A stretch of 64,000 nucleotides of DNA, from contig JAUYKW010000018.1 in assembly GCA_030698395.1 (NCBI GenBank), positions 44,726 through 108,725 on the forward strand. Direction: 5' to 3'. Origin of the DNA: a bacterium (GTDB lineage Bacteria; Patescibacteriota; Patescibacteriia; UBA9570). Numbering within the stretch: the first letter of the stretch is position 1; each line of letters begins with the position of its first letter. The notes under the pieces are model-generated. The model had not been told where the DNA came from, made no database searches, and saw nothing but the letters and a program-made list of their open reading frames with translations. The translations under genes and the position numbers were made by a program. Of this stretch, positions 35,497-44,578 are shown piece by piece.

Positions 35497-36615
35497 TTAG
35501 CCTTGATAGGTTAGAAATAGTATTTTACGTACTACTCGTGCTTCTGGTCGGGAGTAAAAAATTGGTTCATGAAATTGTGAGTAGTTTAGTTTTGTATAAT
35601 ATTTTGCCAGCGGTAATGTCAAAGTATCATCATGTCTGCGCCATGCTGGTACAGCCAATACTATTCTGGCTTGAGGAGCAAGAATATCTGTAAGTGCTAG
35701 AAATGTTTCTTCATATAACTTGATCATTTGGCGATGAACTTTATCTGTTTTCTTTGGTCGCAGCGGTCCCAGATATCCTTCAGCGACAACTCTATTTATT
35801 GACTCTTTTCCTAAAATATTTTTAATATCCTTAACATCACTAACATGTAATGGAATTTTTGGTAGGTTTAACCATGCCAGATTATCTGTTGTGTCTAAAA
35901 TACTTTTCTTCGAAATGTCGGAACCTATTACATTTTTGTAGCCTGATAATAGAGCTTCCTGCAATATAGTGCCTGATCCGCAAAAGGGATCTAGAATAGT
36001 ATCATCTAAATTTGGTTGTGAAATATTTATCATCATTCTAGCGATTTTTGGTGGGAGCATTCCAGAATGATGATCTCTTTGTGGTCTGCCGTAATCTCGT
36101 TTTGAAAAATCTCTGAATGGTTGTACTGAGGTGGTGCGAGCTAATAAAATACTCTTATTATAAAGCACTAAACAAAAATCTGTTTGGTTATCTAACAAAT
36201 GTTCTTTTTGTACAATTACAGAAGACAGCGCTGGTTCTTTACTACTAACATATCTAATTGATTTACCGGTAGCTCTGACTTCTTTTTTCCAGTCTATCCC
36301 TATGCGTTCTAATTTTTTTGCGTAATGCTTTACTATATTATCGGTCATGGCATTTTCTCCTGCATAAACACTAAAACCAAACCTAATTTTATTTTCTCCT
36401 GTTAAGTATTTTTTAAAAATATCCAAGCCCGCTAAATCACGGGATATTTCATCAACGACTGTACATATTTTTATGGTACCTCCTAAGATATTAATGTCTA
36501 CATCATTAGAAAGTTCTGCTATATTTCCGCCAGACCATTTTTTCAAAACATTAAGTGATTCTAATTCTAATGCTGAGAGATCTGGTGTAGTACCAAGAAT
36601 TGCTATTTGTTTCAT
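35497..36615 (-). CDS. Putative RNA (guanine-N2/adenine-N6 type) methyltransferase, UPF0020/Trm11-like
   Basis: Motif ILDPFCGSGTILQEA with an N-terminal THUMP-like region. ATG at 36615 forms an ATGA overlap with the epimerase stop. The track start at 36636 is rejected. Confidence 0.55.
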   Translation of the reverse strand: MKQIAILGTTPDLSALELESLNVLKKWSGGNIAELSNDVDINILGGTIKICTVVDEISRDLAGLDIFKKYLTGENKIRFGFSVYAGENAMTDNIVKHYAKKLERIGIDWKKEVRATGKSIRYVSSKEPALSSVIVQKEHLLDNQTDFCLVLYNKSILLARTTSVQPFRDFSKRDYGRPQRDHHSGMLPPKIARMMINISQPNLDDTILDPFCGSGTILQEALLSGYKNVIGSDISKKSILDTTDNLAWLNLPKIPLHVSDVKDIKNILGKESINRVVAEGYLGPLRPKKTDKVHRQMIKLYEETFLALTDILAPQARIVLAVPAWRRHDDTLTLPLAKYYTKLNYSQFHEPIFYSRPEARVVRKILFLTYQG

Positions 36616-37550
36616 ATACGATTGTTTTGATACCATGAGGCAAATTTATTTAAACCTTCTTCTAGACTTGTAGTTGGTTTAAAGTTTAAAAGTTTTTTTG
36701 CTTTATCTATATTAGCGTATGTTTGATGAACGTCACCTGGTTGCATGCCAACCTGTTTAATGATTGCAGTTTTACCAGTAACTTTTTCTACAGTAGCAAT
36801 GAAATCATTTAACGAGATTGGTTCATTATTTCCTAGGTTGATAATTTCATAAGGAAATGGATTTTCTACGGCAGCTTTTACACCCTGTACTATGTCTGCT
36901 ATGTAAGTATAATCTCTACTAGTATTTCCATCACCAAATTTTATAATTTCCTTTTCTTTTAGAATTTTTTCTGTAAATAGATATGGAGCCATGTCTGGCC
37001 TACCACGTTCACCATATACTGTGAAGAATCGTAGGATGGTAGTTTGAATGTTGTGCAAATGATGATTGGTATAAAGCATTAGTTCAGCTGCTCGTTTTGT
37101 AGCTGCATATGGAGAAATCGGCTCATTAACATTTACATCTTCTGAAAAAGGCACTGTCGTAGTATCTCCGTAAACCGCGGAAGTTGATCCGAAGATAAAA
37201 CGATTTACATTATATTCCATCGCTAACTTTGCTAAATTTGTTGTGCCTAGTAAATTTACTTTCGCATATAAATCTGGTTCTAGCAAAGATGATCGGACAC
37301 CTGCACGAGCTGCCAAATGAATTATCAGATCAAATTTATGATCTTTAAATATTTCAGTTAGAGCTGTAGAATCTGTAACATCAACTTGATAAAATTTTTC
37401 TGGTCGTAATAATGCTAAATTTTCTTTTTTGAATTCTGGATTATAGTAATCATTAATATTATCAATAATTACAACGTTATGATCAGCTTGTAGAGCTTCT
37501 ACTATATGAGAGCCAATGAAACCAGCGCCTCCGGTTACTAATATATTCAT
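36612..37550 (-). CDS. NAD-dependent sugar-nucleotide epimerase, UDP-glucuronate 4-epimerase-like
   Basis: GGAGFIGSH, catalytic YAATKRAAE, and RFFTVYGERGRPDMA, which is typical of UDP-GlcA 4-epimerases. Confidence 0.6.
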   Translation of the reverse strand: MNILVTGGAGFIGSHIVEALQADHNVVIIDNINDYYNPEFKKENLALLRPEKFYQVDVTDSTALTEIFKDHKFDLIIHLAARAGVRSSLLEPDLYAKVNLLGTTNLAKLAMEYNVNRFIFGSTSAVYGDTTTVPFSEDVNVNEPISPYAATKRAAELMLYTNHHLHNIQTTILRFFTVYGERGRPDMAPYLFTEKILKEKEIIKFGDGNTSRDYTYIADIVQGVKAAVENPFPYEIINLGNNEPISLNDFIATVEKVTGKTAIIKQVGMQPGDVHQTYANIDKAKKLLNFKPTTSLEEGLNKFASWYQNNRI

Positions 37551-37582
37551 ATTAAATTTTTATCCATTACTTCCATATTCTA

Positions 37583-37831
37583 TCACCTTTTCTTAATAAC
37601 GAGCATCATAATACCAGCTATCATCGATAAAGCAATACTAAACCATGTAAATGCCCATGCAGCAAAAGCTCTTTGGTGAGCTAAAATTTGATCTTCATAA
37701 TATGGATCTCCTAATAGAGTGGTATCTTGCAAGGTGGCTAAATAGATAATATAAATAGCAGTTAGCGCAATTAGTGCAGTGATTACCCACATAATAGATG
37801 AAAAAATCTTATTTTTAAGGTTTGAGGTCAT
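37583..37831 (-). CDS. Small 2-TM membrane protein, unknown
   Basis: 82 aa with two hydrophobic helices. It overlaps the upstream gene end by 17 nt, which suggests co-translation. Confidence 0.45.
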   Translation of the reverse strand: MTSNLKNKIFSSIMWVITALIALTAIYIIYLATLQDTTLLGDPYYEDQILAHQRAFAAWAFTWFSIALSMIAGIMMLVIKKR

Positions 37832-39383
37832 AAATAACGTATGATGTATTTTCGTAAATAACAGGATAATATTCTGATTTGTTTGTACTCCAGATACTTT
37901 TATAAACCGGTGAATCTTTACTAATAATGAAGTAACTAATACCTAGCTCAGCAATATTGGATGTATTTCTTTCGTTTTTTGGTTTAGCAATAATAGTATA
38001 CATTGCATGAAGTCTTTGATAAGTTGGGTTTTCTGGTTGATTGATAATTTCGGAAAATGGAGAAGATGGATTAAGAACATTAAATTTTTGTATATCACGA
38101 TGATTTAAACTGTACCATGGGTAATAAATAGTATGGCCAGAGTACCATAATGGAGCATGGAGAATTTCTTGATTAGTTGCGCTTTGGACACCTAATAACC
38201 TGCCAGTATGATTCGTATCATCTAGCCATTCAAGCGCTTCAGCAAAACCATCATGTGGTCGATAGCGGAAAGACCACCCTTCGATATCATCTTTCATAAA
38301 CACTACGGCATGAGTTGCTTGTGCACCTACAATTAAAACTGCAAACAAGACAAATACAATAGGTGTAAATTTTAAATACTTTCGTAATTCTACTAAGCCG
38401 AAACTTGCAAAAATAGCCAGACTTATCCAAGCAAAAGGAATGAATCTGTTAGGTAGGATGCCAATTCCAAACAATGGTAGGTGGCCTAGAATTATAGGTA
38501 CTAGCAACATGATTAGAAGTAACCATTTTATTTGTTTAGTTATTTTTGATAAACCAAAAACTAAACCAACTCCTGCTAGCATTGTAATTAAGTATCCCCA
38601 AATTGCTGGATGATCCCAAATTGGATGATAAAAACCAGGCAGACTATTATTTATGAAGTAGCCGATCATACCTTTGATAGACACAGGAAATATAGCTAAT
38701 GTAAAATCAAGCACTAAAACAATAATTCCAGTAGTAATTAGACCAATTTTTATTTTCCATGATTTTATATAAAAAAGAACAAACCATGAGGAAAATACAA
38801 TTGCCGCAATGCCGAAAGATAAATCATGAACGAGAGCTAGTAGGCTAAATGGTGACAAAGCAAAAGCGATCCATCGATGTTGCTGTTTAGTGATGGCCAA
38901 AATAGCAAAAATAATACAAAAAATAATTAGCATATAACCAAATAGATTTTGCGGAGTCAAAACTAATGACCTTATTAGAGCAGGAGACAAAGCAGAAAAT
39001 AATCCAGCAAATAGAGCAATGGTTGGAGATTTACTTAATAACCAGCCTATTAACCAAACTCCTACAACGCATGCCAAAAAAGCTAGACCACCTGTTAATA
39101 ATAATAGATGATGACTTTGGATGGGCAATATTTTTAATAATCCTGCATGGATGATTTGTAGAACAGGATAGGTAGATGGTCGCCAACACATTTCATAACT
39201 ATTTCCGGTTAATGAATAAGTACTGAACTCACCGGTTTCGGCTAATACTTTGGCTCCGCAGGCTAATCCACTAGCATCTGGCGTGATGGCAAAATCATTC
39301 CAATATAGTGATATGAAAACTAAAAATATAGCCACTATTGCTACAATACTTAAGCTGAGGGTGATTTTTAATTTTTTATTCAT
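37815..39383 (-). CDS. Large polytopic membrane protein (522 aa), GT-C/O-antigen-polymerase-like, unknown
   Basis: About 11 TM segments followed by a ~150-aa C-terminal soluble domain. It is the first gene of the minus-strand operon that diverges from the 39384-39643 region. Confidence 0.45.
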   Translation of the reverse strand: MNKKLKITLSLSIVAIVAIFLVFISLYWNDFAITPDASGLACGAKVLAETGEFSTYSLTGNSYEMCWRPSTYPVLQIIHAGLLKILPIQSHHLLLLTGGLAFLACVVGVWLIGWLLSKSPTIALFAGLFSALSPALIRSLVLTPQNLFGYMLIIFCIIFAILAITKQQHRWIAFALSPFSLLALVHDLSFGIAAIVFSSWFVLFYIKSWKIKIGLITTGIIVLVLDFTLAIFPVSIKGMIGYFINNSLPGFYHPIWDHPAIWGYLITMLAGVGLVFGLSKITKQIKWLLLIMLLVPIILGHLPLFGIGILPNRFIPFAWISLAIFASFGLVELRKYLKFTPIVFVLFAVLIVGAQATHAVVFMKDDIEGWSFRYRPHDGFAEALEWLDDTNHTGRLLGVQSATNQEILHAPLWYSGHTIYYPWYSLNHRDIQKFNVLNPSSPFSEIINQPENPTYQRLHAMYTIIAKPKNERNTSNIAELGISYFIISKDSPVYKSIWSTNKSEYYPVIYENTSYVIYDLKP

Positions 39384-39487
39384 GCGAAACAGACTGTGTT
39401 ATTTTACGTATATAATTAAGTCTTGAATATTAGCACTATAGCGCACGTTGGTCGATATTGCCTTATATTGTTATCCTTCTATTAGAT

Positions 39488-39528
39488 TTGAGATGATTGA
39501 GATCTATAAATATGACAATAATGACAAT
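39488..39528. promoter_or_regulatory. Two pairs of 9-bp-phased direct repeats in the divergent control region of the glycan locus
   Basis: TTGAGAT at 39488-39494 and 39497-39503. ATGACAAT at 39512-39519 and 39521-39528. Confidence 0.35.
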
Positions 39529-39643
39529 TAATTATAACATGATCAATTAAGCTGGTTTAGTATAATATAATATCATTATCTCTTGCAAATATTGAGAAAA
39601 TGTGGTTTTCTTAACGATACATTAGTAAAAATTAAGTAAATTC

Positions 39644-40306
39644 ATGAAATCAATAGCAGTAATACCGGCATATAATGAAGAGATTCATTTACAAGAAGTG
39701 TTAGATAAAGTTAGGTCATATGTATCTCAAGTTATTGTGATTGATGATGGTTCATCAGATAGTAGTTTTGAGATCGCAGATAGTATGGGTGGCCAGGTAA
39801 TCGCTCTTCAGCATGAAATAAATTTAGGAAAGGGAGCAGCTCTAAAGACTGGATGTGACGCTGCCAAAAAGTTGGGTGCAGATTATATAATATGTATGGA
39901 TGCGGATAATCAGCACAAGCCAGAGAGTATACCAAAATTTCTAGATGCATTAGTAGATGAAGATATTGATATAGTATTCGGAGCAAGACAGTTTAATAAA
40001 GATATGCCATTTATGATGTTTATGGGAAATAGAGTTTTATCGGTAATTATTAATAAACTTTTTCATATTTTTGTTCACGACACTCAATCTGGCTATCGGG
40101 CGTTTACAGTTGATGCTTATGATAAGTTGAAATGGGAGAGTAGTGGATATGAGGCAGAAACCGAAATGATTGTTCGAGCCAGTGAGTATCATTTAAAATA
40201 TGCAGAGGTAGATATTGATACTATTTATCATGATGACTATAAAGGGACTACAGCAATAGACGGGATCAAGATATTACTTCAAATAATTAAGTGGAAACTT
40301 CTATGA
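39644..40306 (+). CDS. GT2 glycosyltransferase (polyprenol-phosphate glycosyltransferase-like)
   Basis: AVIPAYNEE, VIDDGSSD and MDADNQH (DxD). Confidence 0.75.
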   Translation: MKSIAVIPAYNEEIHLQEVLDKVRSYVSQVIVIDDGSSDSSFEIADSMGGQVIALQHEINLGKGAALKTGCDAAKKLGADYIICMDADNQHKPESIPKFLDALVDEDIDIVFGARQFNKDMPFMMFMGNRVLSVIINKLFHIFVHDTQSGYRAFTVDAYDKLKWESSGYEAETEMIVRASEYHLKYAEVDIDTIYHDDYKGTTAIDGIKILLQIIKWKLL

Positions 40307-40650
40307 CAAATATTCAAATAGTAGCATCAATTTTTGGCTTAGCTATGATATATATGACGTTTTTGCAGTATAAACGAGGAGCGTTCAATAGATATCAATT
40401 TGTTATTTGGGTAGTATTATTTCTTAGTTTTGTAATTGTAATTTGGTTGCCGGATAAGTTTAATTTTATAACGGAACGTTTAGGTATTTCACGCGCATTT
40501 GATTTATTTTCTATCATTGCTTTTGTTATCATATTGTTTCTTACATTTCATAATTATTTATTAATAACGAGGATAGAAAAGAGATTAGAAACTAAAGTTC
40601 GAGAAAAAACTTTAACGAAAGTAGATTCATTTAAGGATAAACAACAATAA
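40303..40650 (+). CDS. Small 3-TM membrane protein coupled to the GT2 gene (DUF2304-like arrangement)
   Basis: ATG at 40303 forms an ATGA overlap with the GT2 stop. The track GTG start at 40291 is rejected. Three hydrophobic helices and a basic C-terminal tail. Confidence 0.4.
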   Translation: MTNIQIVASIFGLAMIYMTFLQYKRGAFNRYQFVIWVVLFLSFVIVIWLPDKFNFITERLGISRAFDLFSIIAFVIILFLTFHNYLLITRIEKRLETKVREKTLTKVDSFKDKQQ

Positions 40651-40660
40651 TAAAATTTTT

Positions 40661-41710
40661 ATGAAAAAAGCATTACTAATTGGAATCACAGGACAAGACG
40701 GATCTTACTTAGCAGAACTATTATTAGACAAAGGCTATGAAGTTCATGGTACAATGCGGAGATCTAGCCAATTTAATACTGGACGAATTGATCACTTGTA
40801 TAAGGATCCACATTTAAATGGAGTAAGACTTTTTTTACATTATAGTGATTTAACTGATGGAAGTAATTTAGCTAGATTAATTAGAGAAATTAAACCAGAC
40901 GAAATTTATAATTTAGGTGCTCAAAGTCATGTGCGGGTTAGTTTTGATATTCCGGAATATACAGCTATGGTGACTGGATTAGGAACGCTTAAAATTTTAG
41001 ATGCGATTCGCGATGTAAAAAAGGATACAAAGTTTTATCAAGCATCAAGTTCAGAGATGTTTGGTTTAGTACAGGAAGTACCACAAAAAGAAGATACGCC
41101 TTTTTATCCAAGATCACCATATGCAGTGGCTAAAGTTTATTCATACTGGATTACTAGAAATTACCGGGAAGGATATGATCTTTTTGCTAGTAATGGTATT
41201 TTGTTTAATCATGAATCACCCCGACGTGGAGAAACATTCGTAACTAGAAAGATAACCAGAGCTTTATCTAAGATAAAATTGGGCATCGATAAAAAATTGT
41301 ATTTGGGCAACATGGATGCAAAACGTGATTGGGGATATGCTCCTGATTATGTTGAAGCTATGTGGATGATGATGCAACAAGATAAACCAGATGATTATGT
41401 AATAGCAACTGGGGAAACTCATTCAGTGCGAGAGTTTGTAGAAGTTGCTGCAAAATGTTTGGATATTGATGTTATTTGGGAGGGTAAGGGAGTTGATGAG
41501 AAAGGCTATAATAAAAAAACGGGAGAGGAAATTGTTAATATAGATCCTAAATATTTTCGACCAACTGAGGTTGATTTATTAATTGGTGATTATTCCAAAG
41601 CTAAGAAAGATTTAGGTTGGGAACCGAAAGTTACTTTTAAAGAGCTAACTCAAATCATGATAGATGCGGATTACGATTATTATGTACGCGAGAAAGGACA
41701 TATAAAATAG
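40661..41710 (+). CDS. gmd: GDP-mannose 4,6-dehydratase
   Basis: [28 protein letters not shown] and NHESPRRG. Confidence 0.92.
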   Translation: MKKALLIGITGQDGSYLAELLLDKGYEVHGTMRRSSQFNTGRIDHLYKDPHLNGVRLFLHYSDLTDGSNLARLIREIKPDEIYNLGAQSHVRVSFDIPEYTAMVTGLGTLKILDAIRDVKKDTKFYQASSSEMFGLVQEVPQKEDTPFYPRSPYAVAKVYSYWITRNYREGYDLFASNGILFNHESPRRGETFVTRKITRALSKIKLGIDKKLYLGNMDAKRDWGYAPDYVEAMWMMMQQDKPDDYVIATGETHSVREFVEVAAKCLDIDVIWEGKGVDEKGYNKKTGEEIVNIDPKYFRPTEVDLLIGDYSKAKKDLGWEPKVTFKELTQIMIDADYDYYVREKGHIK

Positions 41711-41711
41711 T

Positions 41712-42641
41712 ATGGATAAAAATGATAAAATATATATTGCTGGACACCGAGGATTAGTTGGTAGTGCGATAGTACGAAAGTTGGAAGCAGAGGGTTTTAC
41801 TAACATTATTAAGCGTACTAGAAAAGAATTAGATTTAGTAAATCAAGCAGCCGTTACAGAATTTTTTGCTACTGAAAAACCAGATTATGTATTTTTAGCT
41901 GCAGCTAAAGTAGGTGGCATTAATGCTAACGATATTTATCCTGGTGATTTTATTTATCAGAATTTACAGATTCAGAATAACATTATTAGTAATGCTAAAG
42001 AAGTTGGAGTTAAGAAATTATTGTTTTTAGGCAGTAGCTGTATTTATCCTAAATTGTCTAAGCAGCCAATGAAAGAAGAGTATCTTTTAACAGGAACTTT
42101 AGAGCCAACAAATGAACCGTATGCTATAGCAAAGATTGCTGGTATAAAAATGTGTCAATCATACAATAAACAATATGGGACGAATTTTATCTCTGTGATG
42201 CCGACAAATTTATTTGGTTTTAATGATAACTTTGATTTAGAAAAATCACATGTACTACCAGCATTATTACGAAAAATTTATGAAGCAAAAAAAAATAATC
42301 AATCCACTGTTACGGTTTGGGGAACAGGAAAGCCACGTCGTGAATTTTTGTTTGTTGACGATTTAGCTGATGCAGTTTATTTTTTGATGCAGAACTATGA
42401 TGAGGATGAAATAGTAAATATTGGCACTGGTGAAGATATTATGATTTCAGAGTTAGCAGAATTGATTAAGAAGGTAATAGGTTTTGAAGGCGAAATTGTA
42501 TATGACGCAAGTAAACCTGATGGAACTCCGCGAAAATTATTAGATGTAAGTAAATTAAATGGACTTGGTTGGAAAGCAGATACTTCGCTTGAGGACGGTA
42601 TTAGAAAAACTTTTGAATGGTTTCAGGCTAACTTGCCTTAA
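41712..42641 (+). CDS. fcl: GDP-L-fucose synthase (GDP-4-keto-6-deoxymannose 3,5-epimerase/4-reductase)
   Basis: [17 protein letters not shown] and YAIAKIAG. It lies directly after gmd. Confidence 0.9.
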   Translation: MDKNDKIYIAGHRGLVGSAIVRKLEAEGFTNIIKRTRKELDLVNQAAVTEFFATEKPDYVFLAAAKVGGINANDIYPGDFIYQNLQIQNNIISNAKEVGVKKLLFLGSSCIYPKLSKQPMKEEYLLTGTLEPTNEPYAIAKIAGIKMCQSYNKQYGTNFISVMPTNLFGFNDNFDLEKSHVLPALLRKIYEAKKNNQSTVTVWGTGKPRREFLFVDDLADAVYFLMQNYDEDEIVNIGTGEDIMISELAELIKKVIGFEGEIVYDASKPDGTPRKLLDVSKLNGLGWKADTSLEDGIRKTFEWFQANLP

Positions 42642-42643
42642 AT

Positions 42644-43414
42644 ATGAAGGTATCTATAATTACACCTTCATATAATCAGAAAAATTTTATTGCCCAAACA
42701 ATAGAAAGCGTTATTAATCAGCGTGGTGATTTTGAGTTGGAGTATATTATTATTGATGGTTCATCTACTGATGGATCAATTGATATTATTAAAAAGTATG
42801 CAGCAATGGATGCTAGAATAAAATGGCTTTCTGAAGAGGATCGTGGGCAATCACATGCAATCAATAAAGGATTAAAAATGGCTACTGGTGATATAGTTGC
42901 TTATTTGAATTCGGATGATGTTTATCTAAAAGATGCTTTAAAAAAATTAGTGGCAGAATTTTCCAAACAGAAAGACTTAAAATGGTTATATGGTGGTTGT
43001 AATATCATAGATGAATCTGGAGATGAAACACGAGGCATAATAACAAAATATAAAGAGTGGCTAGGAAAAAAATATTCGTATAACAAACTATTAGTAGTGA
43101 ATTTTATTAGCCAGCCAGCAGTTTTTTGGCGACGGGATTTATTAGATGAAATTGGATTTATCAATGAAGATGAGCACTTAGTTATGGATTATGAATATTG
43201 GTGCAGACTTGGCAAGAAGTACCAACCTTATAAGCTAACAGATAACATAGCTGCGTTTCGTTCGTATACTGATAATAAAAGTAGCCAAGGTTTTGTAAAG
43301 CAATTTAAGCGAGAAGCACAAATAGCTAAAAAATATTCCAATAGTTTTATATTAAACATTTTGCATTTGATACACGTAGGAGGAATAATTATGATTTATA
43401 AAATAATTTCTTAG
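42644..43414 (+). CDS. GT2 glycosyltransferase
   Basis: VSIITPSYNQ, IIDGSSTDGS and YLNSDD (DxD). Confidence 0.8.
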   Translation: MKVSIITPSYNQKNFIAQTIESVINQRGDFELEYIIIDGSSTDGSIDIIKKYAAMDARIKWLSEEDRGQSHAINKGLKMATGDIVAYLNSDDVYLKDALKKLVAEFSKQKDLKWLYGGCNIIDESGDETRGIITKYKEWLGKKYSYNKLLVVNFISQPAVFWRRDLLDEIGFINEDEHLVMDYEYWCRLGKKYQPYKLTDNIAAFRSYTDNKSSQGFVKQFKREAQIAKKYSNSFILNILHLIHVGGIIMIYKIIS

Positions 43415-44578
43415 ATGAAAATTCTTCAGGTTATTCCATATTTTGTGCCGGCCTTTAGTTATGGCGGTCCTATCCAGACATGTTTAGTTATATCTCAGCA
43501 CATGGTTAATAATGGCCATGAGGTAACTGTTGCTACAACAGATACTCTTGATGGTAAAGAGAGAATATATTTTCTAAATGAGGATATCGATGGAATTAGA
43601 GTTGTGAGGTTTCGGAATGTAAGTAATTCAATTGCAAAAAAAACTAATTTATTTTTGCCGATAGGTTTTAGAAAATGGTGTAAAGATAATATAAAACAAT
43701 TTGATATTATTCATTGTCATGATTTTTTTACGTACCAAAATATTGTAGTTAGGTACTATGCAAAGAAATATCACATTCCTTTCATAATTCAACCACATGG
43801 ATCTTTAGAGGATGTGCGATTACAGGCTAGGTTTGGTTTTATAAAAAGATTTTTTATTCGAAAAGTTCTTTTTTTATTATTAGAAGCTAAATATGTTATT
43901 GCTCTAACTAAAGCAGAACAACTGACAATAAATAAGATTGATTCAAATGCAAATGTTTCAATTGTACCAAATGGCATTAATTTGGATCAGTATTATGATG
44001 TTCAAGAAATTAATTTGCATGCGAAATATAATTTACCTGCAGATACAAAGTTAATTTGTTTCTTAGGAAGAGTACAATACATCAAGGGATTAGATCATTC
44101 CTTATTAACACTTAAGCATCTAGTTGGTAAGGTGGCATTTCATTTTTTTATTATCGGACCCAACGAAGGTGATGAACAACAACGATTAGAGAATATAATT
44201 AAAGAAGATAATTTAGAAAAATTTGTTACTTTTGTAGGATTATTATCTGGAATGGAAAAGAAGCAATTTATTAAATCATGTGATTCATTTTTAATGTTAT
44301 CACGCAGTGAAGGATTGCCAATATCTATTTTAGAAGCTGCGGCCGTTGGTTTACCGACTATGATTTCATATGAGTGTCATGTTCCAGAATTAGCAGTTTT
44401 AAATGCTGGGTACGAAGTTGATAAGATTGATTATGTTAATAATGCAAAAATACTCAAGAATTTTTTTGATTCTTCTGATATTTCAGATAACATGCGGATG
44501 CAAGCAAGGGCAGTAGTTGCGGATAAATTTTCCGTCCCAAAGATGGTAACCAAAATAAAGTCTTTATATCAGGATTAG
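43415..44578 (+). CDS. GT4 (GT-B fold) glycosyltransferase
   Basis: N-terminus MKILQVIPYF..YGGP and the C-terminal E-x7-E region SEGLPISILEAAAVGLP. Confidence 0.8.
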   Translation: MKILQVIPYFVPAFSYGGPIQTCLVISQHMVNNGHEVTVATTDTLDGKERIYFLNEDIDGIRVVRFRNVSNSIAKKTNLFLPIGFRKWCKDNIKQFDIIHCHDFFTYQNIVVRYYAKKYHIPFIIQPHGSLEDVRLQARFGFIKRFFIRKVLFLLLEAKYVIALTKAEQLTINKIDSNANVSIVPNGINLDQYYDVQEINLHAKYNLPADTKLICFLGRVQYIKGLDHSLLTLKHLVGKVAFHFFIIGPNEGDEQQRLENIIKEDNLEKFVTFVGLLSGMEKKQFIKSCDSFLMLSRSEGLPISILEAAAVGLPTMISYECHVPELAVLNAGYEVDKIDYVNNAKILKNFFDSSDISDNMRMQARAVVADKFSVPKMVTKIKSLYQD

